64,000 nt of DNA from an uncultured bacterium (GCA_963749495.1 CAVVMW010000004.1:800001-864000), one strand, 5' to 3'. Shown: positions 8,711-19,630, counted from the stretch's first letter. Notes: generated by a model not told the origin, from the letters alone. A program made the numbers and translations.

Positions 8711-11253
8711 TTACGCCTCTTTTCGGTAGCGAACCAGCAGGCTGGTCCCCGGCTTGGGCAGGCGCAGTTCCAAGCCGCTGCGCAATTCCTCGCCGGTCAG
8801 GACCTTGGTTGTCCTGGCCCGGTCGCCATCAATGAACTCGACTTCGTACCGGTGGCCCGGATTCACGCCATAGATTCCGACGATCAAACCCACGTAGCTG
8901 CTCTCCGAATGCCGGAAGGCCAGCACCAGGCCCGCATCCAGATCGGGCCGGTGGAATTGACAAGCCACGAATTGCTCGGGGGCCATCGAGGCCTCCGTCA
9001 ACGCGTAGAAGTCGCCATACCAGAATTTTTGGTTTTGCCTGGCTTCGGCGAGGCAGGCCCTGGCCAGTTCCTTGGGGAACGCGGGGTTCAGGTAATCGAA
9101 CTGGCAAATCAGGCCCGCGGTGGCGGCGCTGCGCACCTCATAGGCATCGGGCGTCCAGACACAAGCCGTGTGGAAGGGAATGTACTGGGACAGCCCCATG
9201 CTTTGAACCTGGTTCCAGTCCGGGTGCCCCGGGGAGCAACTGGTGTCGCTGCGCCACAAAGGGACAGACCGCATGCAGGTCTCCAGGTCAATCCGGCGCC
9301 CGCCGCTGGCGCAATTGTCAATGATCAGCCCCGGGTGCCCGGCCCGCAACTCGTCCCACAGGGCATAATGGCCCTCGACGTAGCGGATCTCGGTCAGCCC
9401 TTGCCGTTCCGGGGCGTCGTCTTGCCGCCAGAAGCCGAGCGGATCGATGTTGAAGTCGTTGCGATAGATATTGATGCCGTATTCGGTGATGCGCCGGGAC
9501 AGGAGGCCGGTCAGGTATCGGCGCGCGCCCTCATCATTCAATTTGAAGAGCCCGCCTTTCTCACCGCCCAGGACGAACTCCGGGTGCTCGCGGGCCAGGG
9601 CCGTGCCGGGGGCGACCCGCTCCGGCTCGAACCAGAGGACGAATTTCATTCCCAGGCGGTGGCATTCGTCGCTGATCGGCTTTAGCCCGTTGGGAAAGGC
9701 GCGGGCTCGGCCGACCAGTTGCCCACGCCGTTAGGGAAGCCGCCCGGAAACCACGCGGCATCCAGCCAGTGGGTGTTGCACCCCAGCGCCTGGGCTGTCC
9801 GAACCGCAGCCAACTGTCCGGCCTCGGTGGCCCAATCCTTCCGGCTCCAGGAGTAGCGATCAAAACACTGGAGCGCGACCGGCAACGGCACGGGTCTGCC
9901 CTGCCATCGCGGCACATAATGGAAGAGCATGAGGCGCCGGAACCGGTTCAAGGCCGCGCGGCGCTCTCCCTGCCAGTGCAGCAGCAGCATCCGCGGGCTG
10001 CGTATCTTCTCTCCCGGGTGCAACCGCAGGCGCACCTGTTCCATGCCGGCCGCAAACCGCGTGGGACCGCGCTCGGTGCGCTCGAACGAGGCCGCCCATT
10101 GTCCGGACCATCCCACGGCCGCGATGAGGCCCTGCCGGCCATACCGCAGATCGAAAAACGGAAAGGCGCTCACGGCCGAGGGCCTCCCTCCGGCCGGGGC
10201 CAGGCCAACGCTCTGGTTGATCGGCAGCGTCATTCTGAATGGGGTGAACGTGGTCTCGTCACATGAATCGCCCCGCAACTGGTGCAGCCAGGCGGGGTTC
10301 CGGGCCGTGCCGGTGCCCAGCGCCACGTCTGCCGCCCGAATCTTCTCCAGGATCGGCGTGTCCTGCGTCCCGCCATTCTCGAAATAGAGGACCCAATCGG
10401 CAGCCGGGTAGCGCCTGAAACTGCCGACGACGGCGGTGACCGCCAGGCCCGTCTCCGCATCCTGCCAGCACACGCGCCGCTCGACGCGGTCGGGTAATTC
10501 TTCCGTTTGAACCGTGCGGCGCCAGGTCTTGAGCAACTGCCTGGAATCGCTCCCGCCATAGACAAAGGAAAACGGCGGGCTGCCCGGCTGGAGCAACAGG
10601 TTGGCGTGGCCCTCGTCCAGCCAGCGCTCGCTCCCGTCGCTCATCACGAAGCGGGCGTCCGCCCAGTCTGCCTGGTCAAAAGCCACTCCGTCCCCTGCAT
10701 CCGAGACCTTTAGCGTCATTTGGCCGGCGCCGGCAGGCACCTCCACAGTGACCGCCACGGGAGCATTGCCCCCTTTGAGCGTGCCGCTGTGAAAGGCCTC
10801 TTTGCCATTGAACTCGACGGCGAACTGCACCGAGCCGTTCACCCCTTGAGTGTCGTAGTTGTTATCCACGCCCACAGAGCACTTAAAAGCGGCGGCGCCA
10901 TTGGGGATTGTCACTGCAATCTCGCTCAGCGCGTGGGTGCCCAGTCCGTGAGCGAAAGTTTGGGAGCCGATCTGGACGGGTGTCTCCATGCAGGACTGGC
11001 CGAAGCGCAGCACGTTATGGTCCTGGCGCCGCACCTCCATTTCGATTCGCGGCCCAGCCCCGGCGGCCCGGGCCCCGGTGAAAGAAACAGTCGCCCAGTC
11101 GAGCATGTCCCGGACCTCCTGGGGCGAAGCCATGATCGAATCGTCCATGGCCTCGGCCGGGATGTCCTGCTCCGTGCCGGGCTGTCCCGGCAGGCTCACC
11201 GCGAGCAGCGAAGCGCTCGAAAAGACCGTTAGCGTGTTCCACAGCGTTTTCAC
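8711..11253 (-). CDS. NPCBM/NEW2-domain alpha-galactosidase (GH36-like), frameshift near 9690
   Basis: GLGTHA..GSVQFAV..DQADWADAR (NPCBM); WLDAAWF, LWFEPE, YRNDFN, IDNCASGGRRID. Confidence 0.85.
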
Positions 11254-11438
11254 ACGAGAAAAAAGAAAAGGGGCCAGCCCATAGTTTGGGTTGTGGATAC
11301 AGGGCTTCGGACCATCCCGTCAACCCGAAAACGCACCATGCCCAACAGGCGGTCACGATGTGGCCAGCTTCCCCGGCAGGATGGGGCCGCCCCCGGGCCA
11401 GAGCCAAGAACGAGCCTCCCCCTTTCGGGTGAACTCAT

Positions 11439-11675
11439 TCACGCGTCACGCCCGTGGCGCCATGGTGGGAGGTTCTTCTGTGCTCGGAGCCAGGGGCCGT
11501 AGGCCGAATCCACGATGCGCTGAAGAGTCTCCTTGGAGAGATTCGGGCGACGCTGCAACACGTCGTCCAACCTGGAGTCGTAAACGGCATAGAGGTCATC
11601 CGCCTGCACTCCGGACTGTCGTGCCTCCCTGAACGCATCGTAGCTCTTGAGGATGGCCTCCAGCTCAGCGTTCAT
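11439..11675 (-). CDS. Small hypothetical protein
   Basis: 78 aa helical ORF overlapping the stop of the upstream gene. Confidence 0.6.
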   Translation of the reverse strand: MNAELEAILKSYDAFREARQSGVQADDLYAVYDSRLDDVLQRRPNLSKETLQRIVDSAYGPWLRAQKNLPPWRHGRDA

Positions 11676-12036
11676 CTGGGAAGACCTCAGCCACCAGCTT
11701 CTCAGCTTGCCCCTTGGGCATGGAATCGTGGAACATGCGCCACGACGACTCCAATTGCAGCAACCGGCCGTGCAGTTCCTTGACCGCCGAGCGGTCTGGG
11801 AATTCCGGGTCGGAAACCGCGGCGTAGCAGAGTCTCGTAATCTGCAGCAGCCATTTGAGAGCTTGCCTGTGCTCGGCGAGGTCCTCAGCGGAGGGCTCTA
11901 CGAGAAGCAGGTGCTCACGTTCCCAGTTCAGAAAACAACTGCAGGTGTCGGACCACTCCATGACGCGCTCAATCGTCCACCGTCGCAGGTTTGGTATCTC
12001 AACCGCCGGGCTGGCCGCTGGTTCGCTGGTTGCCAT
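11665..12036 (-). CDS. Hypothetical helical protein
   Basis: Protein-like composition; likely start MATSEP; coupled to 11439-11675. Confidence 0.65.
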   Translation of the reverse strand: MATSEPAASPAVEIPNLRRWTIERVMEWSDTCSCFLNWEREHLLLVEPSAEDLAEHRQALKWLLQITRLCYAAVSDPEFPDRSAVKELHGRLLQLESSWRMFHDSMPKGQAEKLVAEVFPDER

Positions 12037-12123
12037 GGCTGGATCATACGCCGGTGTCGGGGCTGACTCAACCACAAGTTTCGTTTGAACCTTTTCTGGC
12101 TTTTGGCACTCCACTGGTTAGAA

Positions 12124-12269
12124 ATGCTGGTAGTGGCTGAACGCGACCCATTGCCCGTGGTGCAAGCCAGGGCCGGAGACCCGGCGGCCTGGGACACTCT
12201 GTTTGGCCGTTACCAATTGCCGCTGTATGTCTATGTGTTTGAAAACTGATGGAGGAGGAAGCTGGATGA
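12124..12269 (+). pseudogene. ECF sigma-70 factor remnant (N- and C-termini only)
   Basis: Manual translation MLVVAERDPLPVVQARAGDPAAWDTLFGRYQLPLYVYVFE, then KLMEEEAG* in another frame overlapping the next ATG. Confidence 0.7.
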
Positions 12270-12706
12270 AGACGCCGCGTGAAATCCTATTCGAACGCCA
12301 TCGGCAGGCCGAGCCGAGGCTCGAGGCCATCCGGCGGAAAGTGCTCGCTGCGTTCCCGGCCTCGGGGAGCGCGGAGGCCCTCCAACCGCGCCGGGGCGAG
12401 GGGCTGTTGATTCGGGCTGTGCTCAGAAAGGCCTGGCTGGAGCTCGTCTGGCCTTCCCGGCGCGCCTGGGCCGGCATGGCCGCGCTGTGGCTGGCGGTGG
12501 TGGCGGCAAACCTGGAAATGAACGCCAGGTTTCCGGCTTTGCCGGCGGCCCGGTCCGCGCCCGTCGGCGAACTCGCGCAGGCCTTCCAGGAGCAGCGGCG
12601 GTTGCTGGCCGAACTGCTTCCCCCCGTCAAGCCGCCGCCCCCCCAGGCCCCCCGGCCCAGCCCCCGCCCGCGCAGCGAGCGGCCCGCGGTTTTCAGGCCA
12701 TGCTAA
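12266..12706 (+). CDS. Single-TM putative anti-sigma-like protein
   Basis: ATGA-coupled to the sigma remnant; one TM (AWAGMAALWLAVVAA), Pro-rich tail. Confidence 0.6.
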   Translation: MKTPREILFERHRQAEPRLEAIRRKVLAAFPASGSAEALQPRRGEGLLIRAVLRKAWLELVWPSRRAWAGMAALWLAVVAANLEMNARFPALPAARSAPVGELAQAFQEQRRLLAELLPPVKPPPPQAPRPSPRPRSERPAVFRPC

Positions 12707-12713
12707 GTAGTTG

Positions 12714-12994
12714 GACAATGTTAGATTTCCTCAGAAAAGTAGCCAGCGTGGTCAGTCTTGTCCCGGAGGGACACTTGACAATAGCCCAACGTTTCAACGT
12801 TGGGTTTAGCAGCCACGGAGGAATAAGTCCCGTAGGGACGGCTGAGGAGACGGTTGATTTCAGCCGTCCCTACGGGACTCATGATCATCTGGTCCGGGTG
12901 GACCCAACGTTGAAACGTTGGGCTATTCTCAGATGTCCCTCCGGGACAGGACTCGGGCGCGTTCAGCCGGTTTCCGAGGAAATCTAACATTGTC
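12714..12994. mobile_element. TIR-bounded shell carrying a family B REP-like palindrome
   Basis: GACAATGTTAGATTTCCTCAGAAA versus TTTCCGAGGAAATCTAACATTGTC (23/24 inverted); inside GTCCCGGAGGGACA..AATAGCCCAACGTTTCAACGTTGGG and its mirror. Confidence 0.8.
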
Positions 12995-13003
12995 GGAGTG
13001 GTT

Positions 13004-14815
13004 ATGAACATGAACCCATCCAATTCTCCTTCCTCCCCTGCCCCCTCCAGGCCAGGCCGCTGGCGCGCAGCCCGGCGCCTCCTGGTGGCTGGCGCGGCAG
13101 CGGCGACGCTCATCGCTGTCTTCTATACGGTGGAAGACTGGCGCGGCAAGCGGGCCTGGGAGAATTGCCGGCGCGAACTGGAGGCCAAGGGTGAGGTGCT
13201 TGATTGGGCGGCGCACATTCCAGCGCCAGTGCCGGACGATCAGAATATTTTCAAAGCGCCGAAAATGCAGGAGTGGTTCGTCAAGGAATCCCCTTATAGC
13301 AAGACCTCCGGCGCAGTCCGGGACGCGGCGCTTCGGAATGCGCCAAGGCCCTTTATGGTTTTCCCACCCAAGGACACCTATCCGGTGGTGGCCGAGGTGA
13401 GAATCGCCGCTTCCAACGCGCCGGTCAATTCGCAACCGGGGGACGCGGTGTTGCGGTTCGACGACCCGGCGGCGCGGGAACAAGCGGCGAAACTGCTGCG
13501 GGATGCTCTTGGACCCTGTGCCGTGGGCGTCAAGTCCTGCTTCCTGGTCGCGCGCCCGTTGGATCAGATCAAGCCGCTGCGTTGGGTGCTGCAGGCCGAC
13601 ACCCTCCCAGGCATTAAGGAACTCACTGCCTTCCTGTCTGCAAACCCGATAAGCCATTGGGCGCCGGCCTGGTCTGAGAGCAGTTGCTGGCAAGTCGGGG
13701 CGGCCGGGAGCAACTTGTTTCACGTGTCGCCGGACCAGCGGGTCTATGCGGCAGCCGATTATCTTGCGTGGACGGAGCCGCTGCGGGCAGATTTTGACGT
13801 GGTGCGCAAGGCCCTGGAGCGTCCGTTTGCGCGGATAGACGGCGACTACGAGCAGCCTTTTCTGATTCCGATTCCAAATTTCGTCAGGATGCGGGACGTG
13901 GCGCAAACTCTCTCGCAGCGGGCTCAGTGTTGCCTGTTGCTCGGCCAGCCGGAGGCTGCGCGGCACGAACTGGCGCTGGTCCGCGACTCATGCCGGATCA
14001 TGGAGGTAAAACCGCCTGGCAAGCCGATGACGTTGGTCGCCGCCGTGATTGAGACGGCTGTCACCGGGCTGTATGTGGGCATCGTCCAGGACGGCCTGCG
14101 GCTGCACGCCTGGCGCGAGCCGCAACTGCTGGCCATCGAGCGGCAGCTCAAAGATACCGATCTGCTCTCGCCGCTTGTGGATGCCTTCCGGGCAGAGCGG
14201 GCGGCGAGTTGCCGCACTTTTGAAATCACGAAAACCCGCGAGCTGGCCAGGCTGTACAGCCTGGAGCGGTTTCCACGCGACCTGGGAGACGGGAGCAGGA
14301 ACCTACAGACCCTCCTTCTGACCTGGATGCCGCGCGGTTGGTACTATCAGAACATGGCGGTGGGCGCTGGGGTAATGCAGGAGTTCCTGGGCTGTGTTGA
14401 TCCGACAAACCAGCTCCTTCTGCCGCACCAGATTGACAAATATGACCGCGAACTGCAGGCCAGGTTCCAACACGGTTCGCCCTATACGTTTTTGGCTGCC
14501 CCTGGCGCTCCGAACTTCCTTCACGCCTTGCAAACGGTCGCGCAGAAGCAAACCCTGGTGAACCAGGCCCGGCTGGCCTGCGCGCTGGAGCGCTATCGCC
14601 TTGCCCAGGGGCACTATCCCGAATCTCTCGATGCGCTCACGCCCCGATTCATTGAGAAGCCCCCGCACGACCTCATCGGCGGCCAGCCTTTGAAGTATCG
14701 CCGCACCAATGGCGGAGGTTACCTGCTCTATTCCGTCGGCTGGGACGAAAAGGACAGCGGCGGCGTCCCCGGCAAGTCCAGGGAAGAGGGCGACTGGGTT
14801 TGGGAGCTTCGCTGA
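13004..14815 (+). CDS. Membrane-anchored hypothetical protein with pseudopilin(GspG)-like C-terminal motif
   Basis: N-terminal TM, EDWRGKRAW; LACALERYRLAQGHYPESLDAL..YLLYSVGWDEKDSGG. Confidence 0.75.
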   Translation: MNMNPSNSPSSPAPSRPGRWRAARRLLVAGAAAATLIAVFYTVEDWRGKRAWENCRRELEAKGEVLDWAAHIPAPVPDDQNIFKAPKMQEWFVKESPYSKTSGAVRDAALRNAPRPFMVFPPKDTYPVVAEVRIAASNAPVNSQPGDAVLRFDDPAAREQAAKLLRDALGPCAVGVKSCFLVARPLDQIKPLRWVLQADTLPGIKELTAFLSANPISHWAPAWSESSCWQVGAAGSNLFHVSPDQRVYAAADYLAWTEPLRADFDVVRKALERPFARIDGDYEQPFLIPIPNFVRMRDVAQTLSQRAQCCLLLGQPEAARHELALVRDSCRIMEVKPPGKPMTLVAAVIETAVTGLYVGIVQDGLRLHAWREPQLLAIERQLKDTDLLSPLVDAFRAERAASCRTFEITKTRELARLYSLERFPRDLGDGSRNLQTLLLTWMPRGWYYQNMAVGAGVMQEFLGCVDPTNQLLLPHQIDKYDRELQARFQHGSPYTFLAAPGAPNFLHALQTVAQKQTLVNQARLACALERYRLAQGHYPESLDALTPRFIEKPPHDLIGGQPLKYRRTNGGGYLLYSVGWDEKDSGGVPGKSREEGDWVWELR

Positions 14816-15167
14816 AGGCGAACCACGGCATGTGCCGCGCGGACTGCCCGAGGACATCGAATTCCAACTCTTGCTCAAGGGCCAGGTCTGGGCTCGTGGC
14901 AAGAACCTGGTCCTTGGAGCCGGCGAGAAAACCGAAGTGTCTCCCGATTTCGAGTGGCCGGAGATTCCCCGCACGGCTTAGAATTGACCTTCCATTGGAA
15001 GGCCCGGCCCACCCATCGGCCAGGTCCAACAGCAGGAAACCAAGGATCAGAGCGGGCCGTGCGGCGATGGAGCCAGAGGGCGTGCCTGCAATTGTGAATA
15101 ACTTTTAACCTGTTCGACACCGGATCGTCAAAATCCCCTTGCAGACTTCCTTCGAGTGTCAGTGCTT

Positions 15168-17208
15168 ATGAAGAAAGTCTTGATCCTGACGGCCGGCTTC
15201 GGCGACGGCCATAACGCGGCCGCGCGCAACCTCCGCGACGCGCTTGAACTTGTCACCGACGAGGCCAAGGTCGAGGTGCTCGACTTGTTCGAGTCCACGT
15301 ACGGCGTGATCAACACGCTGCTCAAACAGGGCTACCAGGGCCTGGTGCGCTATGCCCCCGGGGTCTGGTCCGGGGTCTTTTCGATGCTGGACACGCCCGG
15401 ACTGTTTCGTCGGCAGATGGACATGATGGGCCGGCTGCGCCAGGGCCTGGCCCGCGTGTTGCACGAGACCGAGCCGGACGTCGTGGTCTCCACCTACCCG
15501 GTCTATGCCCATCTCATCCAGGACATTTACCGGGAGCACGCCGAGCGGCCGTTTCGCTTGATTACCGTCATCACCGATTCCATTAGCATCTGCTCCGCCT
15601 GGTACCGCGCCTTGAGCGATCTTTTCATCGTGGCCAATGCGCCCACCGCCGCTGTGCTGCTGCGCGAGGGCATTCCCGCAGACCGCATCGAGACCCTCGG
15701 GTTTCCGGTCAGTCCCCTGTTCGCCCGCGAGCGCCTGGATCCCGCGCCGGCGAAATACCACTGGGATAGCCGGGAGGTCCTCCATGTCATCAACACCGGC
15801 AAGGCCAAGGCCGGCAAGGCCATCGAACGGCTGCTGGAGATCCCGAGGTTGAACTTGACGATCACTGTCGGGCGCGATGCCTCGCTCAAGGCCAAATTGG
15901 TGCATCGCCTGCGCGGCTACGGCGCGCGCGTGCGCATTTACGGCTGGACCAACCAGATGCCCAGGCTGCTCATGTCTCACCACCTGGTCATCGGCAAGGC
16001 CGGGGGCGCCCTGGTCCAGGAGGCCATTGCCGCCCGCTGCCCCATCGTCGTCAACCAAGTCATCCCCGGACAGGAGGAAGGCAATGCCAGGCTGGTCGAG
16101 ACCCTCGGCATCGGGGCCGTGGCGCACGGCCGGCGGGAGCTGCGGGAAATCGTGGAAGAGGCCTTCGCCCACCAGGGCCGCCAATGGCTGCACTGGCGCA
16201 AGAACCTCGAGAAAGTCAGCAGGCCGGACGCCGCCCTGCGCATCGCCGAACTCATCCTCAGAGAGAGCGGAGAGGACCCGGGAGCGCCCCGGCCCTTGAG
16301 ACTCTTCGAGGGCCTGGAGCGCGGACGTTCTTGTCCGGGGGCGCGGACATTGTTGAGCGCCAACTGTGGCGGGGCGCCCGAAGCGGCTTCGCCTGCCCTG
16401 GCTAGGGCCTGGCGCGTCCAGTTGTGCGATTTCCACGTTCACACCAATTATTCCGACGGACGGCTGACACTGCCCGAGGTCATTGATTTCTACGGCCGGC
16501 GCGGGTTCGATTGTATCTGCATCACCGATCATGTCACCGACCCCCGCCGGCTGCTGGGAAAGTTCTGCGAGTTGCTCAATTTCACCATAGCCGCTGACCA
16601 ATTGAACGAATACTTCGACATGCTCGATCAGGAGCGGAGGCGCGCCTGGCGCAAGTACGACATGCTGGTCATGACCGGCCTGGAGTTCAACAAGGAAGGC
16701 TTCACGAAAAAGACCTCCGGCCATCTCCTGGGCATCGATCTCAAGGGGCCCATCGCCCCTTCGCTCGACTTTGTCGAGACCATCGCTCACATCCACAGCC
16801 AGGGCGGCCTGGCGGTGGCGGCGCACCCGCACGTGATGAAAAGCGAGTGGGGCAAGAACACCCTGTTCCTTTGGGAAAACCAGGATGTGTTCGCGCCCAT
16901 CATTGAATGCCTGGGAGATAGCCAATCGCAACAATATCTTCACCCCGGTAGGTCTCAAGCGCCTGGCCTACCTGGCCAATAGCGATTTCCACAAACCCAA
17001 ACACATCTACTCCTGGAAGACCCTTCTCCAGTGCGAGAAAGACCCGGAAGCCATCAAAAAGTGCATCCGCGAGAATGAGCGGATTTCGCTGACACTCTAC
17101 CGTGACGGTCTGGCCGCCGAAACGCTGCGCGCCCAGCCGCCCGCCGTCGAAGCCTTCCCGGCCGAGGCTCCGCCCCCGGATTTCGCGGTCGCCCGCGCCT
17201 CTGGGTGA
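15168..17208 (+). CDS. MGDG-synthase/UgtP-like GT28 glycosyltransferase fused to a PHP domain, frameshift near 16905
   Basis: ILTAGFGDGHNAAA, VITD, GKAGG, PGQEEGNA; then CDFHVHTNYSDG, ITDH, AHPH, ANSDFH. Confidence 0.85.
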
Positions 17209-17216
17209 ACCTCCGA
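17162..17216 (+). repeat. Diverged direct repeat of the GT28-PHP 3' end (partner 18293-18347)
   Basis: CCGAGGCTC(C/T)GCCCCCGGATTTCGCGGTCG..G(G/T)TGAACCT(C/G)CGA in both places. Confidence 0.8.
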
Positions 17217-17297
17217 GAATAGCCCACGCTCAGCCGTAATCACATAATCTCCTTCGGGTTCCGCGGCGGGGCGAACCACGCTACGGGTTGATCCCAT

Positions 17298-18140
17298 TCA
17301 CGGCCAGTATAGGCGATAAAAGCGACTGGGAAAATTTGTCCACTGGGGATCGCTGAAATAAAACGAGCCGCTCGCGAGGGTGTTCGTGGCCAGCGGAGAC
17401 CAGTTGGGATTGGCCAGATTCGTGCTGGCCTTAACCACGACAACAAGATTGGATGTGCCGGTGATGGTGAAGCCGAACTGATTGGTCCGAACGCCAGGGC
17501 TGGCATAGCTGGTTTGCATCTGGGGGCAATCATAACTCAAGTTATTCAATCCCTCGTGATCGATTGCAAAAGCAACTGATTCCTGACCTTGCTCGCGAGT
17601 GATCTGGATTAGGAAAATGCTGTCATAATCATTGGGCGGCCAGGCAGGAACCTGTGTCGGGTCTCCGCCATAGGTGTTGACTATGTCTTGCGCAAAAGTG
17701 TCGAGATAAAGATGCTCCCAGGCGATATAAATGGTGGCATTTTGGTAAATATCCTTTTGAAGCTCCTGCTCGAGCTCATTGATTTGTGCGTAGCCGAACT
17801 GCGTGTTGACTGGAAGCCCGCAATAAATGGCGGTGGGCTCAATCGTCATCAGTGGACGGAGATAATAGTAGTCATTCCCATTCTCGTTTATGGTTTGGGT
17901 GGGGTTTGGCGCAAACACAAACTGCGGGCTTGCATATTTCGCGAGCAACACTTTGGGCAAGGCCAGTGCGCGATTGAGACCTTGGCAAGTCAGTTGTCCA
18001 AGCCCTCCGGGTGGTTTTTCACCATGGCGAATGCAGACCAGTGTTTCCACAGCCCCCGGCGGAGGGGCCGAGTTTGTTTGTCCGTTAACAGGAGCGGAAA
18101 GCGCAAACCCGGTGCAAAGCATCATGAACAGTGTTTTCAT
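17298..18140 (-). CDS. Secreted histidine-phosphatase-superfamily protein with C-terminal ...FYR domain
   Basis: Signal peptide, IRHGEKP (RHG motif), RPLMTIEP, WEH; tail ASTNLANPNW..SRFYRL. Confidence 0.8.
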   Translation of the reverse strand: MKTLFMMLCTGFALSAPVNGQTNSAPPPGAVETLVCIRHGEKPPGGLGQLTCQGLNRALALPKVLLAKYASPQFVFAPNPTQTINENGNDYYYLRPLMTIEPTAIYCGLPVNTQFGYAQINELEQELQKDIYQNATIYIAWEHLYLDTFAQDIVNTYGGDPTQVPAWPPNDYDSIFLIQITREQGQESVAFAIDHEGLNNLSYDCPQMQTSYASPGVRTNQFGFTITGTSNLVVVVKASTNLANPNWSPLATNTLASGSFYFSDPQWTNFPSRFYRLYWP

Positions 18141-18409
18141 CAGAACAGTGCGGGTCACATCACAACATTTGACATTTGCCTCGTCCAGAGTCGCCCCGAG
18201 TCTAGTGCGTCTCCGCCATCTGTCAAGTTCTTTACTGCCTGGGCGGGCGTTGAAGGGGCACTGCACCCGGTCAGGCGAGCCTGTTGTCGCGCCCGAGGCT
18301 CTGCCCCCGGATTTCGCGGTCGGCTGCGCGCCCGGTTGAACCTGCGAAAAGAGGGCAAGCATCCGGGATCGAAGATGGTTGAGTGCTGGCGTTGAAACCC
18401 TGGAAGAAA

Positions 18410-18664
18410 ATGCCAGTGGCTGTGCTGCGTTCCACAGATGCTGACGTGGCCGTCTTAGTGGCGCCACAAGTTCTGACGCCAACATTCAAGATACTATACG
18501 GCATGGGCCATGCGGCCCTCGGCCAGGAGGTTTTTTTTCTGGGCTTCCCCTACATGCTGTCCACAGAGGCGCCGGGAGACGTGAACTACGGGTTCCCGAT
18601 GCCGTTTATCAAAAGAGGAACCCTGTCTGCATGGCACAAGGGGCAGCCAAAGGAACTGTCATAA
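18410..18664 (+). pseudogene. Trypsin-like peptidase domain fragment
   Basis: ADVAVL..LGQEVFFLGFPY..PFIKRGTLS; lacks catalytic His and Ser regions. Confidence 0.45.
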
Positions 18665-18826
18665 ATCTCATGCCCTCTGCCACCAAGCCCTCCGGTTGCA
18701 GCTCTGCCGCCTCCTGCGCCGCCTCCGCAAGGTGGCGCGCCCCAGCCCAAGCGCTCCCCTGCTCCACGGCATGAACGACCGGACGGAACGACCACATTGT
18801 CCAGACGATCCGGTCGGTCTGAGTCC

Positions 18827-19126
18827 CCGGCCCAAAGGGCCGGCAGAGCCTAGCCCAGGGCTGAGGCCGCCAGGCCGATGCCCTGGGAACATGCCTCCAA
18901 GATTAGGCGCGCCCTGAAAGAATTCCCCGAACGAATTCGCGCTTTGCGCCCCTGAACTTCGACACTGTGTTCCCGTCCCGCGAAGCGTTTTGGACTGCGG
19001 CAGTCCAAAACCTGGCGGGCTTCGGCGGTTCATGGAAAGGGCGCAGGGCCCGGGTTTGTGGCGAGACCCAGGGCATCGGCCTGACGGCCTCAGCCCTGGG
19101 CTAGGTTCCGGCGGCCCGTTGGGCCG
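18827..19126. repeat. REP-like element, family C, with foreign central cargo
   Basis: Arms GGGCCGGCAGAGCCTAGCCCAGGGCTGAGGCC.. and mirror; near-identical arms at 24194-24554. Confidence 0.8.
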
Positions 19127-19221
19127 CGAGGCATAGCGGGAAAGGCGGCACCGGCTCAGTAGCCCGAAGGGCTTGTTATCACTCAGCCCAGGGGTTAGAA
19201 AGCTACGGTCACCTCTCAAAA

Positions 19222-19464
19222 TCAATCCTGGAGGTAGGGGGGCAGTTCAATACCCTTGAATCGCTTCAGATGGTCCACGAGTGAGAGACGCCGCCGGGGT
19301 GGTTTCCCAAGCCGGCTGCGCAGCGCTGGAAGGCCCAGCTTGAGCGACTGCCGGATGACGTCCGCCTGGCTCAGACCGGTTTCTGCGGCCGTGGCCGCCA
19401 AGTCCCGGGAGAGTTCGCGGGAGCCGGGCACCGGAATGGTCGTGTGCGAATTAGAGCGTTTCAC
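19222..19464 (-). CDS. Small RHH/CopG-like (antitoxin-like) protein
   Basis: Beta-helix-helix pattern TIPVP..LAATAAETGLSQADVIRQSL; GTG start inferred. Confidence 0.55.
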   Translation of the reverse strand: MKRSNSHTTIPVPGSRELSRDLAATAAETGLSQADVIRQSLKLGLPALRSRLGKPPRRRLSLVDHLKRFKGIELPPYLQD

Positions 19465-19630
19465 AGAGAAACTCTCACTGATCCGCCCACTGCCGGCAAG
19501 CATATCTGTTTCCATCAATCGCCTGTTGCTTTTAGCGGCCAACCCGGTATAAATCGCGCGGTGACCGCAGGTCCCACCAATAGCCATGCCCATCACGCCC
19601 GGTCAACGCAACAAGCGGCGCTCTGCCGAC

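Noticed and set aside
12487..13113. ORFs translated from repeats (VPEGHLTIAQRFN, PSPRPSP, RVATP; also 43274-43627, 45292-45639, 51736-52101, 31472-32270)
   Set aside because: They coincide with palindromic repeat elements and recur wherever the repeat occurs
14816..14981. Possible C-terminal gene fragment (EDIEFQLLLKGQVWARG..FEWPE)
   Set aside because: No start and no recognisable family
15159..16958. Long antisense ORFs (also 5351-6418, 19532-21583, 21740-23989, 32063-33808, 40677-42611, 47109-49268)
   Set aside because: Shadows of well-supported genes in GC-rich DNA; no family motifs
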